Origin: Neophaeotheca triangularis
Lineage: Eukaryota
Assembly: GCA_054600435.1 (NCBI GenBank)
Contig: BAAIJX010000001.1
Span: forward strand, 1,054,001-1,118,000
DNA: 64,000 bases
Direction of reading: 5' to 3'
Both the position numbers and the translations under genes were made by a program. Positions 1-13,699 of this stretch are shown here, in pieces (the first letter of the stretch is position 1; the number at the start of each line of letters is the position of its first letter). The notes under the pieces were generated by a model. The model ran no database searches. It was not told the origin of the DNA and saw only the letters and a program-made list of their open reading frames with translations.

Positions 1-471
1 GGCTCGAGGTGAATCTCGCAAGAGTCGAGAAGCCCAGGTGAGGTGAAGTTAACGTGAGGTAACAGGCCAGAAACGCGTAGAAGGCGCGACAACATGTGCA
101 CCTTCAGAAATGCTTCAAGGCATTCGCGGCAAGCCTTGGATATTACATGGCATACCTGTATTTGAACATAACCAACCTAGATTGTGGTAAAAAGGCGTTT
201 GTCAAGGCATCGTGCTCCGCTTGACGGGAGCCCAGCGCCCCGGGAGACGGTCACCCAAGCATACCCAGCGACGGATTTCTGTCCTAACGCCCTACTTGAA
301 CTTTTATCTTGCACTTTCCTAGTCCTAAGATAATTGTATATACCTCGCTATATAGACTTCTACTGTCGAGCGGCGCGAGCACTCGAGACGCCGGGAGACC
401 AGTTTTGCTCGGGGAGGTATTGTTCGCAGCGGTTGCGAATAATGTAATAGGATCGGGAATTAGGTATAGTC

Positions 472-694
472 TATAAGACTAAGACTATAACTCGGTTAGG
501 ATCACGGTATAGCGAGGGCGGGACGTAATAATGGTAACAATAGTAACAGTCCTTTAATACAGAAACTATTCGATAGTAGATAGGAGACTTCATTGTTAGC
601 TATCTTATATACTTTCGTAGTATGTATACTTAGTACTCCTAAGCTACTCCGTAGCTTAGGCCGCTAATATCCTACTAGCGCTACGGTCGTGACA
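472..694 (-). repeat. 3' LTR of Gypsy element A
   Basis: TATAAGAC...GGTCGTGACA, colinear with 20938-21160; all differences are transitions. Confidence 0.95.
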
Positions 695-1827
695 ATTGCC
701 TCTCTCTCTAGTAGCTCGTCCTCGAGCTAGCACTCATAAATATAGTTATATAGGACCCTAGTATAGCACGTATGTTAGTATCCTCGTTAAAAACCTTAGT
801 AGTGTCTTTACTAAGGAAAAGAGTGATACTACATACTACCGTCATACTATTAGGTCCCTAGAGTGAATTCACCCCAAACCTGAGTTCGCTATAGCGAGGT
901 GCATTATTGTTATGATAAGCGGTATTAATGGCTACGTGGCGGTGATCTAGTAGGGTAGTAATTACTAGTAGAGCCTTAGCGTAATTATGCTATAATTATG
1001 CGGAGGTGACCTACTAGCCGCTTCTCTTTCGAAGACTTCCTCCTTTTAACTACAACAACAATAACAGCCTCTACTCCGTCGTAGTCCCTTCGGTATACTA
1101 GTCTACCTTTTAATAAGGTAACCTTCTTTATTAGTAAGTGAACTTTAGTTCTTTATGTATACGCTACTATTAGTCCGTATGTAGTTCTTATTGTTCTTTA
1201 ATAATGAAACTAACCTCACCTAGTTTCCTATTATTACCTGCTTCTAGTGACCTTTCGAAAACCTTACCTAGCGCGGTTTAATAAAAAGGCGCTCCTCGTA
1301 CCTCTAACACCTTCTTGCCTTCTTTATTAACTACTTTTTTCGTGATCTCGCTATCGCCCTTTTTTCCGCTAGCTTTATTCACTACCTTCATTACTCTACT
1401 ACTATTCTATCATACCTCCGCGTGTTAGTAAGCGTCTAAAGGCGCTAGTCGACTATAGCGTTAGCGCTATAGCCATTAATAGTAAGGGTACCTTTACTAT
1501 AGATAGAGCGATTATCGCTAAGGGAGTCTTTATGACTAAGGGCTACTATTAGATCAACACTAGTAGTTTTATAGAGGAGGAGTTAAAGGATCTAGTTAAT
1601 GAGTCGAAGTCTATCAAGAAGGATTTGAAGTTAGAGGGTGTTAGTACGAAGCGTACTGTAGCTATTAAGGGCGTAGGCTCGAAACGTAAGTATGCTATAG
1701 GTAATAATAGTAAAGAGAGTGAGTCTAATAAGGGTATACTAGCGTTCTGTCGCTTCGCCGACATCGATAAGGGTAAGAAGCTTACTCCTATTAATGTTAA
1801 TCGCCCTCGTTATTCGCGCTACATTAA

Positions 1828-1979
1828 TGTTATGGTAAGAGGGAGGGAGCCCTTTTGGTTTAGTAGGGAAGGTAGTAGCCTAGCCCTAGGCTAGCTACTT
1901 CTACCTCTATAGCTAGATAGCTTCATTCATCTATCTTGTTTACATCTCACACTTTGTACTACACCTATTAGTCGTAGTA
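1828..1979 (+). repeat. 5' LTR of element B
   Basis: Colinear with 14588-14739; followed by AT-TAGTAGCTA, a possible RIP-altered TGGTAGCTG primer-binding site. Confidence 0.95.
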
Positions 1980-2045
1980 ATTAGTAGCTAAGAATAGCAA
2001 GGATCCCTTGATTACTAATACTAGACAGCTAGCTCTAAACCTATA

Positions 2046-2235
2046 AGTCGTCTCTACCTACTAAAGTCGTCTTAACTAGCTAAAGTCGTCTCGACACCCT
2101 AGAGTCATCTTAGCACCTCAAGGTCGTCTCGACACTTTATAGTCGTCTCGACACCCTAAAGTCGTCTCGACACTGTGATGTCATCTCGACACGCTAGAGT
2201 CGTCTCGAACCTCGCTAGGCGTCTCGGTACCGTAC
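2046..2235 (+). repeat. Tandem array of ~10 x 19-bp units (core AGTCGTCTCGAC) in the 5' leader of element B
   Basis: Cores start at 2046, 2065, 2084, 2103, 2122, 2141, 2160, 2179, 2198, 2217. Confidence 0.9.
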
Positions 2236-2690
2236 CGCTATCCTAACACTACCTACCTATCTCGGCCTACTATAGGCGTTACTACAACCCCTCGGTCGTT
2301 AGCGAGCCCCTAGTTCGTCTCGAACTACTCCGAGCGCTACGATACTTATTAGCCGCTTCGAGCTAACCTTACGCTACTTAACGACATCCTACTACTCTAA
2401 GTCGATTAGTGATACACATTAGGTTCGAAGGTACACTACCTTATAAGAATATAAGACTAATCCTAGACCTAGTATCGATTATAAGTGTCTCTATACATGC
2501 CCGAGCCACTATAGCGCTTAGTACCCACGCCTCTAATCCCTTTCGCCCCTCTACCTAAGCTACTTAGCATTAGAACCCCATATTGCCCTCCCCTTTCCAC
2601 TACTCTAATTTAGTAGTTTACGGAAGCTATAAAGGCCTTCCGACTCCGCTTTCCGCCCATAAGTTTAGTTAAGCGCTTACCGATTGAACT

Positions 2691-5600
2691 ATGTTTATTA
2701 CACTAGACCCCTTACCCGAACTACCTACGTAAATCGTACTCGTAGCTTACTAACTTCACGCTTTCTACTCCTACCCCGGCCGCTCGAAAGCCGTCTATAG
2801 TAGGAATCCTTAACTCTAGGACACCCTTCTCCTAATTACCTAGAGCTACCCTATTAACTAGGACCTTAGAGAGTTTAGCTTCCCTACTAGTTAGTTAGTC
2901 GAAAAATCACTTATTACTCTAATCGTGTACGACTTACTTACCGCTTTTGAGGGGATATACTACTACCTAGCCCTCTACTTAGACCTACCCGAGCTAACCC
3001 TTATAGGTGTACTAGCTACTATTATTACTACTAAAAGCTGCCCTATATGTCCCCTAAGGAAAGTTATAGTCGCCCCTATGAGACAGGTTATAACTACTCC
3101 CTAAAAACCCCCTACTATAGAAGAACCCTAGCTTCCTATAGCTATTAATCCGGTCTACGACTCCCTACTAGCGACTACTCCCCAACAAATCCTCGCTATA
3201 CTAGACTCCTACCCTTCCCTAGCCGTTAATCCTATCTAGTACCCCTTACCGCTTACGCTACCTTTAGAGATCTAAGTACTACTAAGTAAAGACATTAGCT
3301 CTACTATTAGCGACGACAGCCCCCTAGAACCGTCATAGTACCCCGGTTTCGAGGACCTACTAAAGACTAAGCGGTCGACGCCCTCCGAGCCTTTATAGCC
3401 CTTACTAACTATAAAGGCCTCCTCGGAGTCACCTCTATGTACTTATAATGAATTTAGAAACGCCCCCTTCCCCTTCCTCGCGCCTAATTAGACTTTTCCC
3501 TACTAACCTGTATTAATAGTCGTGATAACGTCTAGATAGGAAGGTACCCTCTATAACGGCCCTATCGACTACGACGAGGACGACTATTAGTTAGCTCTAG
3601 CTAGCCTAAGTGCTAGGACCTAGGGGAAATAACCCTAATAGGATCTAGAGCCGGATTATATTACACGAGACAGCATTCGGGAGATGCTCTATGAGGCGGT
3701 AGAAGAGACGAGAAGTGCTTTAGTCGCCGAGTTCTAACATACTATAGTATAGGTTCGCTCTAAAGCTAGTACTGATCTCGATAAGCGCTTCTAAGCGTTT
3801 CGCTATAAACTCGGACAACCTAGACTACTCCTAAACACTACCTCGTACTAGCCGTTACCCTCTATCGAATCCTAATAGGAGATTCGTTATCATGCCCCTC
3901 CTCATGACGAGCGTCTTAGGAGAGCTAGTTTATTCGCCTACCCTAGCGAGGAACAACTAAATGTACGGCCTCTATCCCTCTAGCGACAAATCCCCCGTGA
4001 CTCCCTACCTAGATACCGTACCCGGGATGAGCCTAATAACCCTAGCTCTTTAAGCTTAGACTCTAACTACTACTTATACTCGCGAAGGGAGCGTTATAGG
4101 GATCGTCGCTCTCGTAGGACCTCCCGTAGTAGACGCGACTCCTACTACGACTATAACTAGAACGCGTCATGCTTACGTTCTCGCTAGGGCAACTTTAGAC
4201 CTAACGATATAGGCTATTTCGATCTATATCTCCTAGTCATAACTAAGGCACTAGTAGGTAACTCTATTACTTATTAGAACAAACAATTCTTCTACTCCGT
4301 TCACTATTTCCTCTAATCTGCCTAGGATTACTCTACTATTAACTCCGCTACTACTACGAGGTAGTAGTTACTGAAATGCTTATGTAGAGGCGCGAGCTAG
4401 TAGTTTATTAGCTAACTCACTGATGCCGATAGGGCCTACCTTCGCAGTAGCTATAGTATCGAACATTAGGAGATAGCCCTACGCGACAAATTCCGTGTCT
4501 TAGTCATAACTACGCTCACTAATCTTAACAAGGAGCTCTTTTCGCGCGATAACATGTAGTAGGGGAGAGCTCCCTCTAAGTTCGTACTAAGCTACTACTA
4601 ATAGGCTTTAGAAGTATAGATCGATAGCCTAACTACTAGGATAGCTTAGTGTTAGCTTCGAATCGAGCCCTAGCTCTAATGAGATATCGATAAGCCTAAC
4701 TATACTACTATATAGGAGGAATTAATACGTGAGATAGAGGATTACATAGACACTTGGGCTAAGTTATACCCCCTCTACCCTACTAACCTACTAAGTAAGC
4801 ATTATTATCCTAACCCCCTAATCGATACTAATAGTATAGGTAACCGCTACTTTAGAGGCGATAATCGCTATACGCCTAACCCTAACCTCTAGGCTCGACT
4901 TCCTAGAAACGGAGTAGACCGTTACCTGCTAAGATAACAACCCTAGAGTGCCCCCCCTACCTAAAGAGAGTTCGGTTTATAAGACAATGTAAGCTATCTA
5001 TAGAATTAAGGTCGCTAACGCCTACCTTACTAGGACAGATAACCCCCCTAATCAGCCCCCCTACGTACTTAGCTAAGGCTAGCTAATAATCACTTAGCCG
5101 ATATCGACGAGGATAACGAAGTCGATGACTATAATCATGTAGTAGAGCCCGACGAGTTAGAGGAGTACGAGGACTACGAGGAAGACGCCCTAGAAGTTAA
5201 CTTCGCTGACATCGTAGCCTATAACGATAACGACGACCAATTTCTCACTTCGTCTAATCTAGTCTAAGCCTATCTAAACGAGGCTTTAGCCTCTAGCCTT
5301 ATTATAGCTCCTATACTAGTAGTACCGCGACTAGCGCTATCCGTTTAGCCCCGCCCGGCTAAGCTTAGGTATTTGGAATGTAATGATTCTTTCGGTTCAC
5401 GAAACTCTCTCTATAGGCACTTATAGCTCGTATATAGCGCGGTAGAGGACTCTAAGTCTACCTAACTAGCTAAGGTTCCTAAAATGACTTCCTTACCTAA
5501 GTATAAAGAGGAACTCCTAGTCGTTAAATCATTAGCTCTCGGGACTAACTATTAAGGATATGCTTTCCGTAATTTTTACTATCTCCGTCTCGCTATTCGA

Positions 5601-8600
5601 CTAGCTAAGTTAGGCGTCGACTACTCCGTCTACCTCGATATAGGAGCTGTTATATTAATAATTGACAAGCGATTTTTGGCTACTTACTTACCTAGTATAT
5701 AGCTCTACAAACTAAAAGTGCCTTTTTAGGTATATAGAGTTAGTTCCTAACTACATACTTGCTCCGAGTACGCCGAACTTACCTTCTAGACTCTTACCGA
5801 TACCCTAGTAGGAAGGGGCCTCTATGAGATGACCTATAAGGTATACATTATTAGCGACTTAAAACCTTTAATGCTCATTTCTATAGACATTATTACCCCC
5901 TAGGCAATAAAGATTGACATCCCCTATAAGCTCGTGACTATTAGAGCCTATAGAAACGCTAAAGTACCCCTACTCATCAAGCCTAGAGACCGCTTAAAGC
6001 TCGGGTTGTCACTAAAAGCCACACACCCTATCACTATTCTACTACGCTTATTAGCGAAAGTTCCCTTAGCCTAGATAGACCTCCCTATAGATAGGGATTT
6101 CGACTTCACACCTAGCCTAAACCTTCCTCCTAGGTTAAAAGGATATAACTATACTACTAACGCTAATTTGGCCTTTATACTAATTAGGAACGACTTACTC
6201 TAACCCGTAACGCTACTAGCTAGGAAGCCCCTCGGCCGTTTAACTAAGTAGACCGACGAGGAGGGCTATCACATTAGCCCTAACAACTATTACCTAGTAG
6301 GGCTCCTACCTAAAACCGTTTTTAATGGCCTACCTATAGCTGACTAGCTAGTCTTACCTAATGGAATCATAGTGTTCGGCGATGACATATAGGTAGTAGC
6401 CTTTAACATGTTGTTAGCCGACTTCCCCGACTTGTTTGTCGATAAAGGCTAAACTGTAGACATTCCTAAGCATCGTCACATACCTATCTATCTTAAAGAT
6501 AGCTAGGAAAAGGAGAAGCTATCTATAAAGGGGTATCCGCTCTACGCCTTAGACCGCGTTATGCTTAACGAGGCCTATAATAGACTATACCGCTAAGGCA
6601 AAATGGAGTGGTCTTATAAGTATATAGCTTTTAGCTCCCTAGTTTTTGTCATGTAGAAAATAGTCTATTAAGATAGAGCCCTAGTAAGAAAGGGTCGTAT
6701 AGTCGTTAATATCCGCAACCTTAACCTCGTTATAGTCAAAGATAGCTACCTACTCCCTCTCTAAGAAGACCTTCTTTAGGCAACATAAGGTACTAAACTT
6801 ATCTTAGTCATAGACGTAGTCGCCTTTTTCTTCTAGTGGCTTACTACCGTAAAAGACCGGTATAAGCTCGCTGTCAACTCCTATTATAGGCAGGAAATTT
6901 TTAAGGTCGCTATTATGGGTTTCAAAAATTCAGTAGCCTATGTCTAGAGGGAGCTTAACAATATCCTATACTACCTCTACCCATTTTGCCGCGCTTATAT
7001 AGACGATATTGTCATCTTTTCCGCTAACCTTAACGAGTACCTCGACTACCTCTAATAAGTGTTCACTGTCCTATAAGGATACTACGTCAGTATTAGCCTA
7101 GTCATAACCTTCTTAGGTTTCCCCTCTACCGCCTTACTCGGCTAGTAAGTTAGTAGACTAGGCCTAGCGACCTATGAGGACAAAATTAAGGCTATACTAG
7201 ACCTCTAGTTCCCTCGTTCCTTAAAGGACTTAGAGAAATATCTTAGGCTTACCGGTTAGTTACGACAAGCCGTCCCTTATTATGCCTAGATTACCTAGCT
7301 ACTTAAGGGTAGCCCTATAAAGGGTAACGCTAGAAAGCGTTACTTAGCTACTATAAAGGTCACTCTCGATATAGACGAGCTCTATGCCTAGGCATATACC
7401 GCTTTCGAGGCCTTATAGGCTATCTTTAAGGACTCCCCTTTCCTTTACTACCTTAATCTAAAGAGACGGCTTTATGCCGACGTCGACGCCTCTAAAGAAT
7501 TTGGGTTTAGAGCAGTCATCTATATAGTGGCTAGAGACCCCGACCTAGTTATGTCCGGAACGAAAGCGCTATACTTTCCTAGGAAAGACATCTAGCCTAT
7601 CGCCTTTTTAAGTAAGGGACTTACCCTTATAGAGAGTCACTATTAGCCTATAGAGTTAGAAATAGCCGGCTTGGTTTAGCTTCTACGAAAGGCACACTAC
7701 ATCATATAGTCGTCACTACTTCCCACTCTTATTTTCACTAATCATATAGCTATAACGGGCATCGCTACCTAATGTAGCCTCACTACTACTACTTATACTA
7801 ATAAGCTTAACCTCCGGCTAGTTAGAGCTAGCTAATATGTCTCCTAATTTAACCTAGACGTCTACTATAGGCCTAGCTATATCCACTTAGTCCCTAATGC
7901 TTTAAGCCGCCTACTCGGTAAACTCGCTACTCTAGTAGAGGCTCTTACTAACACGCTCGACCCTATAGCCTATAAGGAAGTACACTACGCCTCTATTAGC
8001 GCTACTGATTACGATAGCGCGGATGCTTAACACTTCCCAGATTTCGCTGATTTATAGGAGCCGTTAGCCTTCTACACGGCCTTAGTAGAAATAGCCGACG
8101 ACCTTAAGTAGGAGATTCGCGCTAGCTATCGTTTAGACCCGTACTAGGCCCCTCGCCTCCTCTAACTCTAGGCATAGGAGGAGCGCCGCTATCGCGATAC
8201 TACTAAGGAGTCGACGCCCTTATAAGAAGCTATGACCGCTCTATAGACCGTCCCTACTTAGCCTATAGAAGTCGTTAGCGAGACTAAGGATACTTTAGAG
8301 GGCGAGCCTAAATCATCCCTATTAGGCCTCCGATTCTTCTTACGCGACGACCTTATCTACTATAGAGATGACGCCGATAGCTAGGAACGCCTATATATTC
8401 CCTACTTAATCTTTAAGGAGGTTTTCGCGATAGCGCACGATAATCACCACCATACTAGTTTCTTTAGAGCCTATACTCGCGTTCAGGCTAGCTTTTATAT
8501 CCGCTACTTACCCTAGGAGCTACGACGCTATATCTCCTACTACCCGGACTACGTATTACACTAGACATGATAACATAGGCCCCTAGGCGAGCTCTAACCT

Positions 8601-9737
8601 ATAGAGGTTCGCCTAATCCCATATCACACTTAAACCGCCGACTAGGTACATGCCCTACCTCCTACCCTAACGGGCTTCGATTCCTTACTTATAGTTACTA
8701 ACCGCTTCTCTAAAAAGATCCTGTTAATTAAAGGGCGCGCTGATTAGTTAGCACCGGAATAGGTAGTAGCTTAGCTAGAGGCACTCCGAATAGCTAATTA
8801 GAATATTCCCACTATTCTTATTAGCGATAGAGATCCCCTATAGCTCTCTACTTTCTAGAAGGAAGTTTTTAGGTAGCTTCGTACTAGGTTCCTCGCTTCT
8901 ACTACCTACTATCTATAGACCGATGGTTAGTCTAAGCGAACTAACTAAACCGTAGAGATCGCTATCCGTTTCTTTGTCAACTCGAACCTAGACACGCCTT
9001 AGGATATAGCTCTACCCTATATCTAGTCGACGCTTAATAATGCCTAGAACGCCTCTACAAATGAGATTCTAAACATAGTTATCTAAGGCTTTAGAACAAA
9101 TTTAGACGCACTTAACACTCTTATCGAGCTCCTAGCTACAGATTACGTTACGCTTAGACAAGTCGTAAGGGACTAAGCGTCGGATGTACTAGCGATAGTA
9201 GCTGCCGTAATAAAAGACAGGTATGACTATACCCATAAGCCTATCTACTTCAAACCTAGCTAAAAGGTCTTACTTAAGCTCTAGTATAGTTACACTATCC
9301 CTAGTTTCATTCCGAAAAAGTTAGCTATATAGAGAACAGGCCCTTTCAAGATACTATAGGTAGTAGACCGACTAGCCTACAAGCTCGATCTCCCGCTATA
9401 CTAGAAAATCTACCTAGTAGTTTCCATTACTTAGTTAGAACTAGCTCTCTAGGCCCCGGATCCTTATAACTATAAGCCTACCGAATTAGGCCCCGTCTCT
9501 ATTAACGATAATAGGATTTCAGTCTGTGAAATCAAGCGTTTACTAGCTAGGAGAGTCTGTACGTAGTAGGGCAAGCCGATAAAACAGTATCTAGTGAAGT
9601 GGAAAGACTAGGGCCTAGCACATAATCTCTAGTATAACGCTAACGACTTAGCCGACGCTTAGGAGTTAATAGTAGAATACGACTATATCTATCCTAGTAT
9701 AGACGGCAACCTTAGGGTAAGGGGTAGACGCTATTAA
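2691..9737 (+). pseudogene. gag-pol: Single-frame gag-pol of element B (gag, C2H2 finger, protease, RT, RNase H, integrase, chromodomain); ends approximate
   Basis: All in one frame: DIGYFD (4206), (Y>C)LECNDSFGSRNSLYRHL*LV(Y>H) (5370-5435), YLD(I>T)GA (5631), KGRIVVNIRNLN (~6690), AYIDDIVIF (6993-7019), YADVDASKEFGF (~7473), AHDNHHH (~8433), YYL*TDG*SKRTN*TVE (~8907), YLVKWKD*G (9588). Stops are TAA/TAG at expected Q/W positions. Confidence 0.92.
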
Positions 9738-10232
9738 CTACCCCTACCTCGACTCGATTCCCTCTAGCTACCTTAGCTAGTACCACGACACCTAATAGTA
9801 GTCATCCTACCCCCGACACGCTACCCATTACCCTCCGCCTCCGAAGGAGAGCCTAAAGAGCTCCTATAGTAAGCTAACCCCTACCGCCTATATCCCGCTT
9901 TCTAACGCTCTAGAGCGGAAGTCTACTAGTAAGTTAGGAGGGTAGCTACTTATGCCTTTAGGGGTGCCTAAGGCATCTCGGCGGCATTACCATTCTTATT
10001 AGCGCTATCGATAACGCCCGCCGTCGCCACGACGACATATGACGCGGCACCTTTCACTTCTTAGCATGACTTCTTACTTTCCGCTTTTAGTAATAATAAT
10101 AATAACGCGACTCCGCACCTTTCTAAAAAAGTTCTCCCTTATCCTATGACTATACCTAGCCATAACACCCTTTTCACATAACACCTTCGCTCTATAATAA
10201 CACTTCTTCGTCTACCTACTTTATACTCTTAT

Positions 10233-13200
10233 ATGTCAGATAACTCTAACTTGTTACTACCTAGCGATAACATCTCTAAAACCGAGTACACCTCTACCTA
10301 CCCACTACTAGTAGCTCTTACGCTAAACGAGCTCATACTCTTACTATGCTTCATACTAAGATGCTTTCTTCGCATGTAAGAGACTAACTCAACCTAAAAC
10401 ACACGCCCTCGTCTCCTATAGGGAGAGAATAGTATAATAGCTAATACATCTTAACCCGCTACGCCTTTAGTAGTCTACTATTCTATCGAAAAACCAGACC
10501 TGCTACTAGCTTAGTGGTCTCCCTACTAGCGTGACACTTTCGCATGTAACGGATTGTAGATCCTAGATACCTACTCTCTCCCCTCTCTATCGCTACCATT
10601 CTAGCCCTACGAGGCCTAGTTAATTGAGAACATAGTAGTAGTTCTCCTTTACGCTAACCTTAGCGTCTTATTCACCTAAGACACTTTCACTCTTAGCCTC
10701 TTAGTAGTAGCTAATCTTCTCGACCTAAAGCATGAAGACCTTCGCCCTTAGACGTTAGCTAAGCTTCTCTTTACCTACTTCCGTTTTATGCCGCTCGACT
10801 CACTCTTTAGTGGTACACTCTTCCTATACCTTTTAGAGCTTAACGACGACTCCGCGTTACTACTCTAGCTTAAAGCTATCTACGGCCCCTAGGGTATAGA
10901 ATCCGTAGCGCTCATATTAGCTTATATAGGCCCGTCGCTTTTCGCCGGCCTTTCTTAGTTAAACGAAGAATACTAGCCGTTACTTCGCGCTTCGTTTCCT
11001 ATAGCCCTAAAAGACCTAAAGGACTATACCCTTACCTAGATTAAGTATACGAAGCGCGTAAAGGTTATCGTTACGCTAGGTTTTACCTACCTCGTTAGCT
11101 ATATGACAGCCGAGCAACTCCTTCTCGACGGAGCCCTACTCCTATAGGAATTAGCGATATAGGTAGCTACCTATTATAGGAGAGGAGACCGACTCCTCGC
11201 TACTCTCGAAGCTTAATTAACTATCGACAATACTTTCTACGACACTAAGCGCTAGAGCGCTATCTATAAAGGCGTCGAGCGCGAAAACCCTAAGGAGTCC
11301 CTAGAGTACTACGATAAGTAGGCTATCGCTAAGCTCGCCCTTAAATAAGCTAAACTATATATATGCCTAGTAGACTATATCTTAAACGCCTAGCCCGGGG
11401 TAATCGCCTACTTCGCGTACGAAGACGATAACTAAGTCATCGCTATACCTACTAATCCACTCTACTTTTCGATCTTCTACGCCTTCTCTATAGACGCGGT
11501 AGCCCCTATAGAAGAGCTCGCTAGGATTACTAAGTGCGAGCGCTAGGTAACTAATCGTCTAGGTCAACTCTACTCTTTCGAGGTCTTAAAGACGTTAGCA
11601 CTAGACGACAGATTCACTATAGCACTTTCCTACTTCGTCGAAGTCCTTTTAGAAGGTCGTTACTCTACGCTCTAACAAGCCTACTAGAAGACTAAGAACG
11701 AGCCCTATAGCTATACCGAGCTCGTCCTCTACGCTATCGGCCTTATAGTTCGTGACGCCTAGTCACTATCCCCTTTCGTTAACTCTACTATAGGCGGCGG
11801 AATTCCTAACCCCTTCACTACTATACGCCGCTATGACGGTATCGATAAGGTAGAGGACTAGTTTCTAATGTACGACAAAACCCGCCCTAAGAGCGCCGAA
11901 ATTTCCCGGGAGCTAGGCTCTAAGCTTAACCTAGCTAAGGCTTAGGGCTACTACTAGTACTATATAATACACTCCTATTTCTCTCGCGAAAACCTCCTAC
12001 CTAGGAATGCTATCCTGAGCGATTGTGACGTATACGAGCTCATACTACTCTATTATATAGATAAAGTGCTCTCGAAGAGGTTCCTATACGATAACTAGCC
12101 AGCAAATTTTAACTAGGACGTGTTACCACTCCCTATTCGCCGCCCCTATAGCCTACTAGTAGTTATCTATGTTAAAAGCGACAACTACTACTACTATGTT
12201 TATGTCTAGGGCGTATACACCCTTAGTAGTAGAAGACACTACTATAACACCTTAGAGGCAGCCCACGATAACGATCGCTATATCGACTACGACACTAATA
12301 ACCTCGTCTTTTACCCCTAGATACGCCCTAACACAGTAGGTGTATTAAAGTCTTATCACTCCTAGAAAGGAAAGCCTGTCTTTAGATACGACCTAGACAT
12401 AGAGGTTAATTGGACTAAAATCGAGTGGCCTAAGTACGTAGATATAGACCGCGTATAGGACGACTTACATATATACCTCGACATATAAGCCTCTATAAGC
12501 CTAACACACTAAGCCGTCCCCTAAGAGGTCGTCGAGATCTAGCTTTAAGGCCGTAATACCCTCGCTAGGCCCGTCCCCTACATTCCTAGCTAAGAGGCAA
12601 TTAGGGAGCTTACTAACGTCGCGGAGTTCTACGACACTAACTCTTTCCCAATCTAGCATTATGTAGTCAACCTACCTCTACCCTAAGACTAGGACGATGT
12701 TTTACTAGTAAGCGCCGCCCTCCCTCTAGCGGTATCAACTAGTAAAACTAGTAATACTTTCCGTTTGCCCCTATCCCGCTCGACTCCTACTAGGCCCTTA
12801 ATAGGGACTACCCCCGCCCTAACTACTACGACGTCATATCGCTTACCTATAGGACTAGCCCTATTCCCGTCCTAAAGCACGACGGCTATAAAGCACTACG
12901 GCCCTACGGCACTCCCTAATCCTTTCGTTAAAGACAAACACCACGCCTTAGTAGCCGTAAAGGCTCCCTATAAGGGCGCTTTTGCGTAAAGCGCTACTAG
13001 CGCTAATGCCCTAATGATGTTAGGAGCCCGACAGGACCGCCCTCTACTACTCGATAGCGAGATGACCGCCGATTCTTAGTACGGCTATGATGACGCGGTA
13101 TAGAGATACTACACTGCCCTTAAGGTATTAGAGCGCGTCTACATTAAATCGGAGCGCCTCTAGGAGGAAGCTAGGGAGTAGCTAAGACTAATAACTAACA

Positions 13201-13676
13201 TTAAGCGCGACACTCTCGCTATAGTAGCTACTAACATTAAGCTAGCGAAGGATAGCGCTATACGCCACGGCGATCTTAACATTATCGACCTACTACCTTA
13301 GGTTACTATAGCATGGAACAACTAGGCTTTTAAGTAACTAGACGCTCCCCCTCCCTCTATAGGAAACGCCTTAGGTATAGACGTTACTTAGCTATTCTAG
13401 GTCCTAGTTCCTCCTAAGGACATTCCCGAGCCCGACTTCTAGTCCTTACTAATAGTAGGTAGGATAGCGCTACGAGCTACTACCGGCCTATAAGCTACCG
13501 TCGAACTAACCCCTATAGGCCCTACTCGTAACACTCGATCTAGAGTACTTACTAGTAGCGCTAAGCTAGCGACTATCCCTCCCTATAGCTTAAACAAGAC
13601 GCCCTACCCTAATAAGTATCTACTACCTACGAATGCTCCCTAGTTAGTAAGCAAACGTACCCGTACCGTTCTATAG
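10233..13676 (+). pseudogene. Extra ORF (~1150 codons) of unknown function downstream of pol in element B, RIP-degenerate
   Basis: From ATG 10233 one frame reads as protein-like for ~3.4 kb (e.g. KGVERENPKESLEYYDK, ELVLYAIGLIVRDA, VNWTKIEWPKYVDIDRV) with only TAA/TAG stops and no apparent frameshift. No domain recognised; 3' end uncertain. Confidence 0.65.
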
Positions 13677-13699
13677 CTCTAGGTTGTAAACGGTACTCT

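Noticed and set aside
1549..1894. ORFs 1549..1764 (-) and 1625..1894 (+) as standalone genes
   Set aside because: The plus ORF is a stop-free piece of the antisense pseudogene running into LTR B; the minus ORF is its shadow.
10233..10400. Extra ORF of element B as an env gene because of its hydrophobic N-terminus
   Set aside because: The Leu/Val/Ile richness comes largely from CTA/GTA/ATA/TTA codons that RIP creates from CCA/GCA/ACA/TCA; hydrophobicity cannot be trusted without a consensus.
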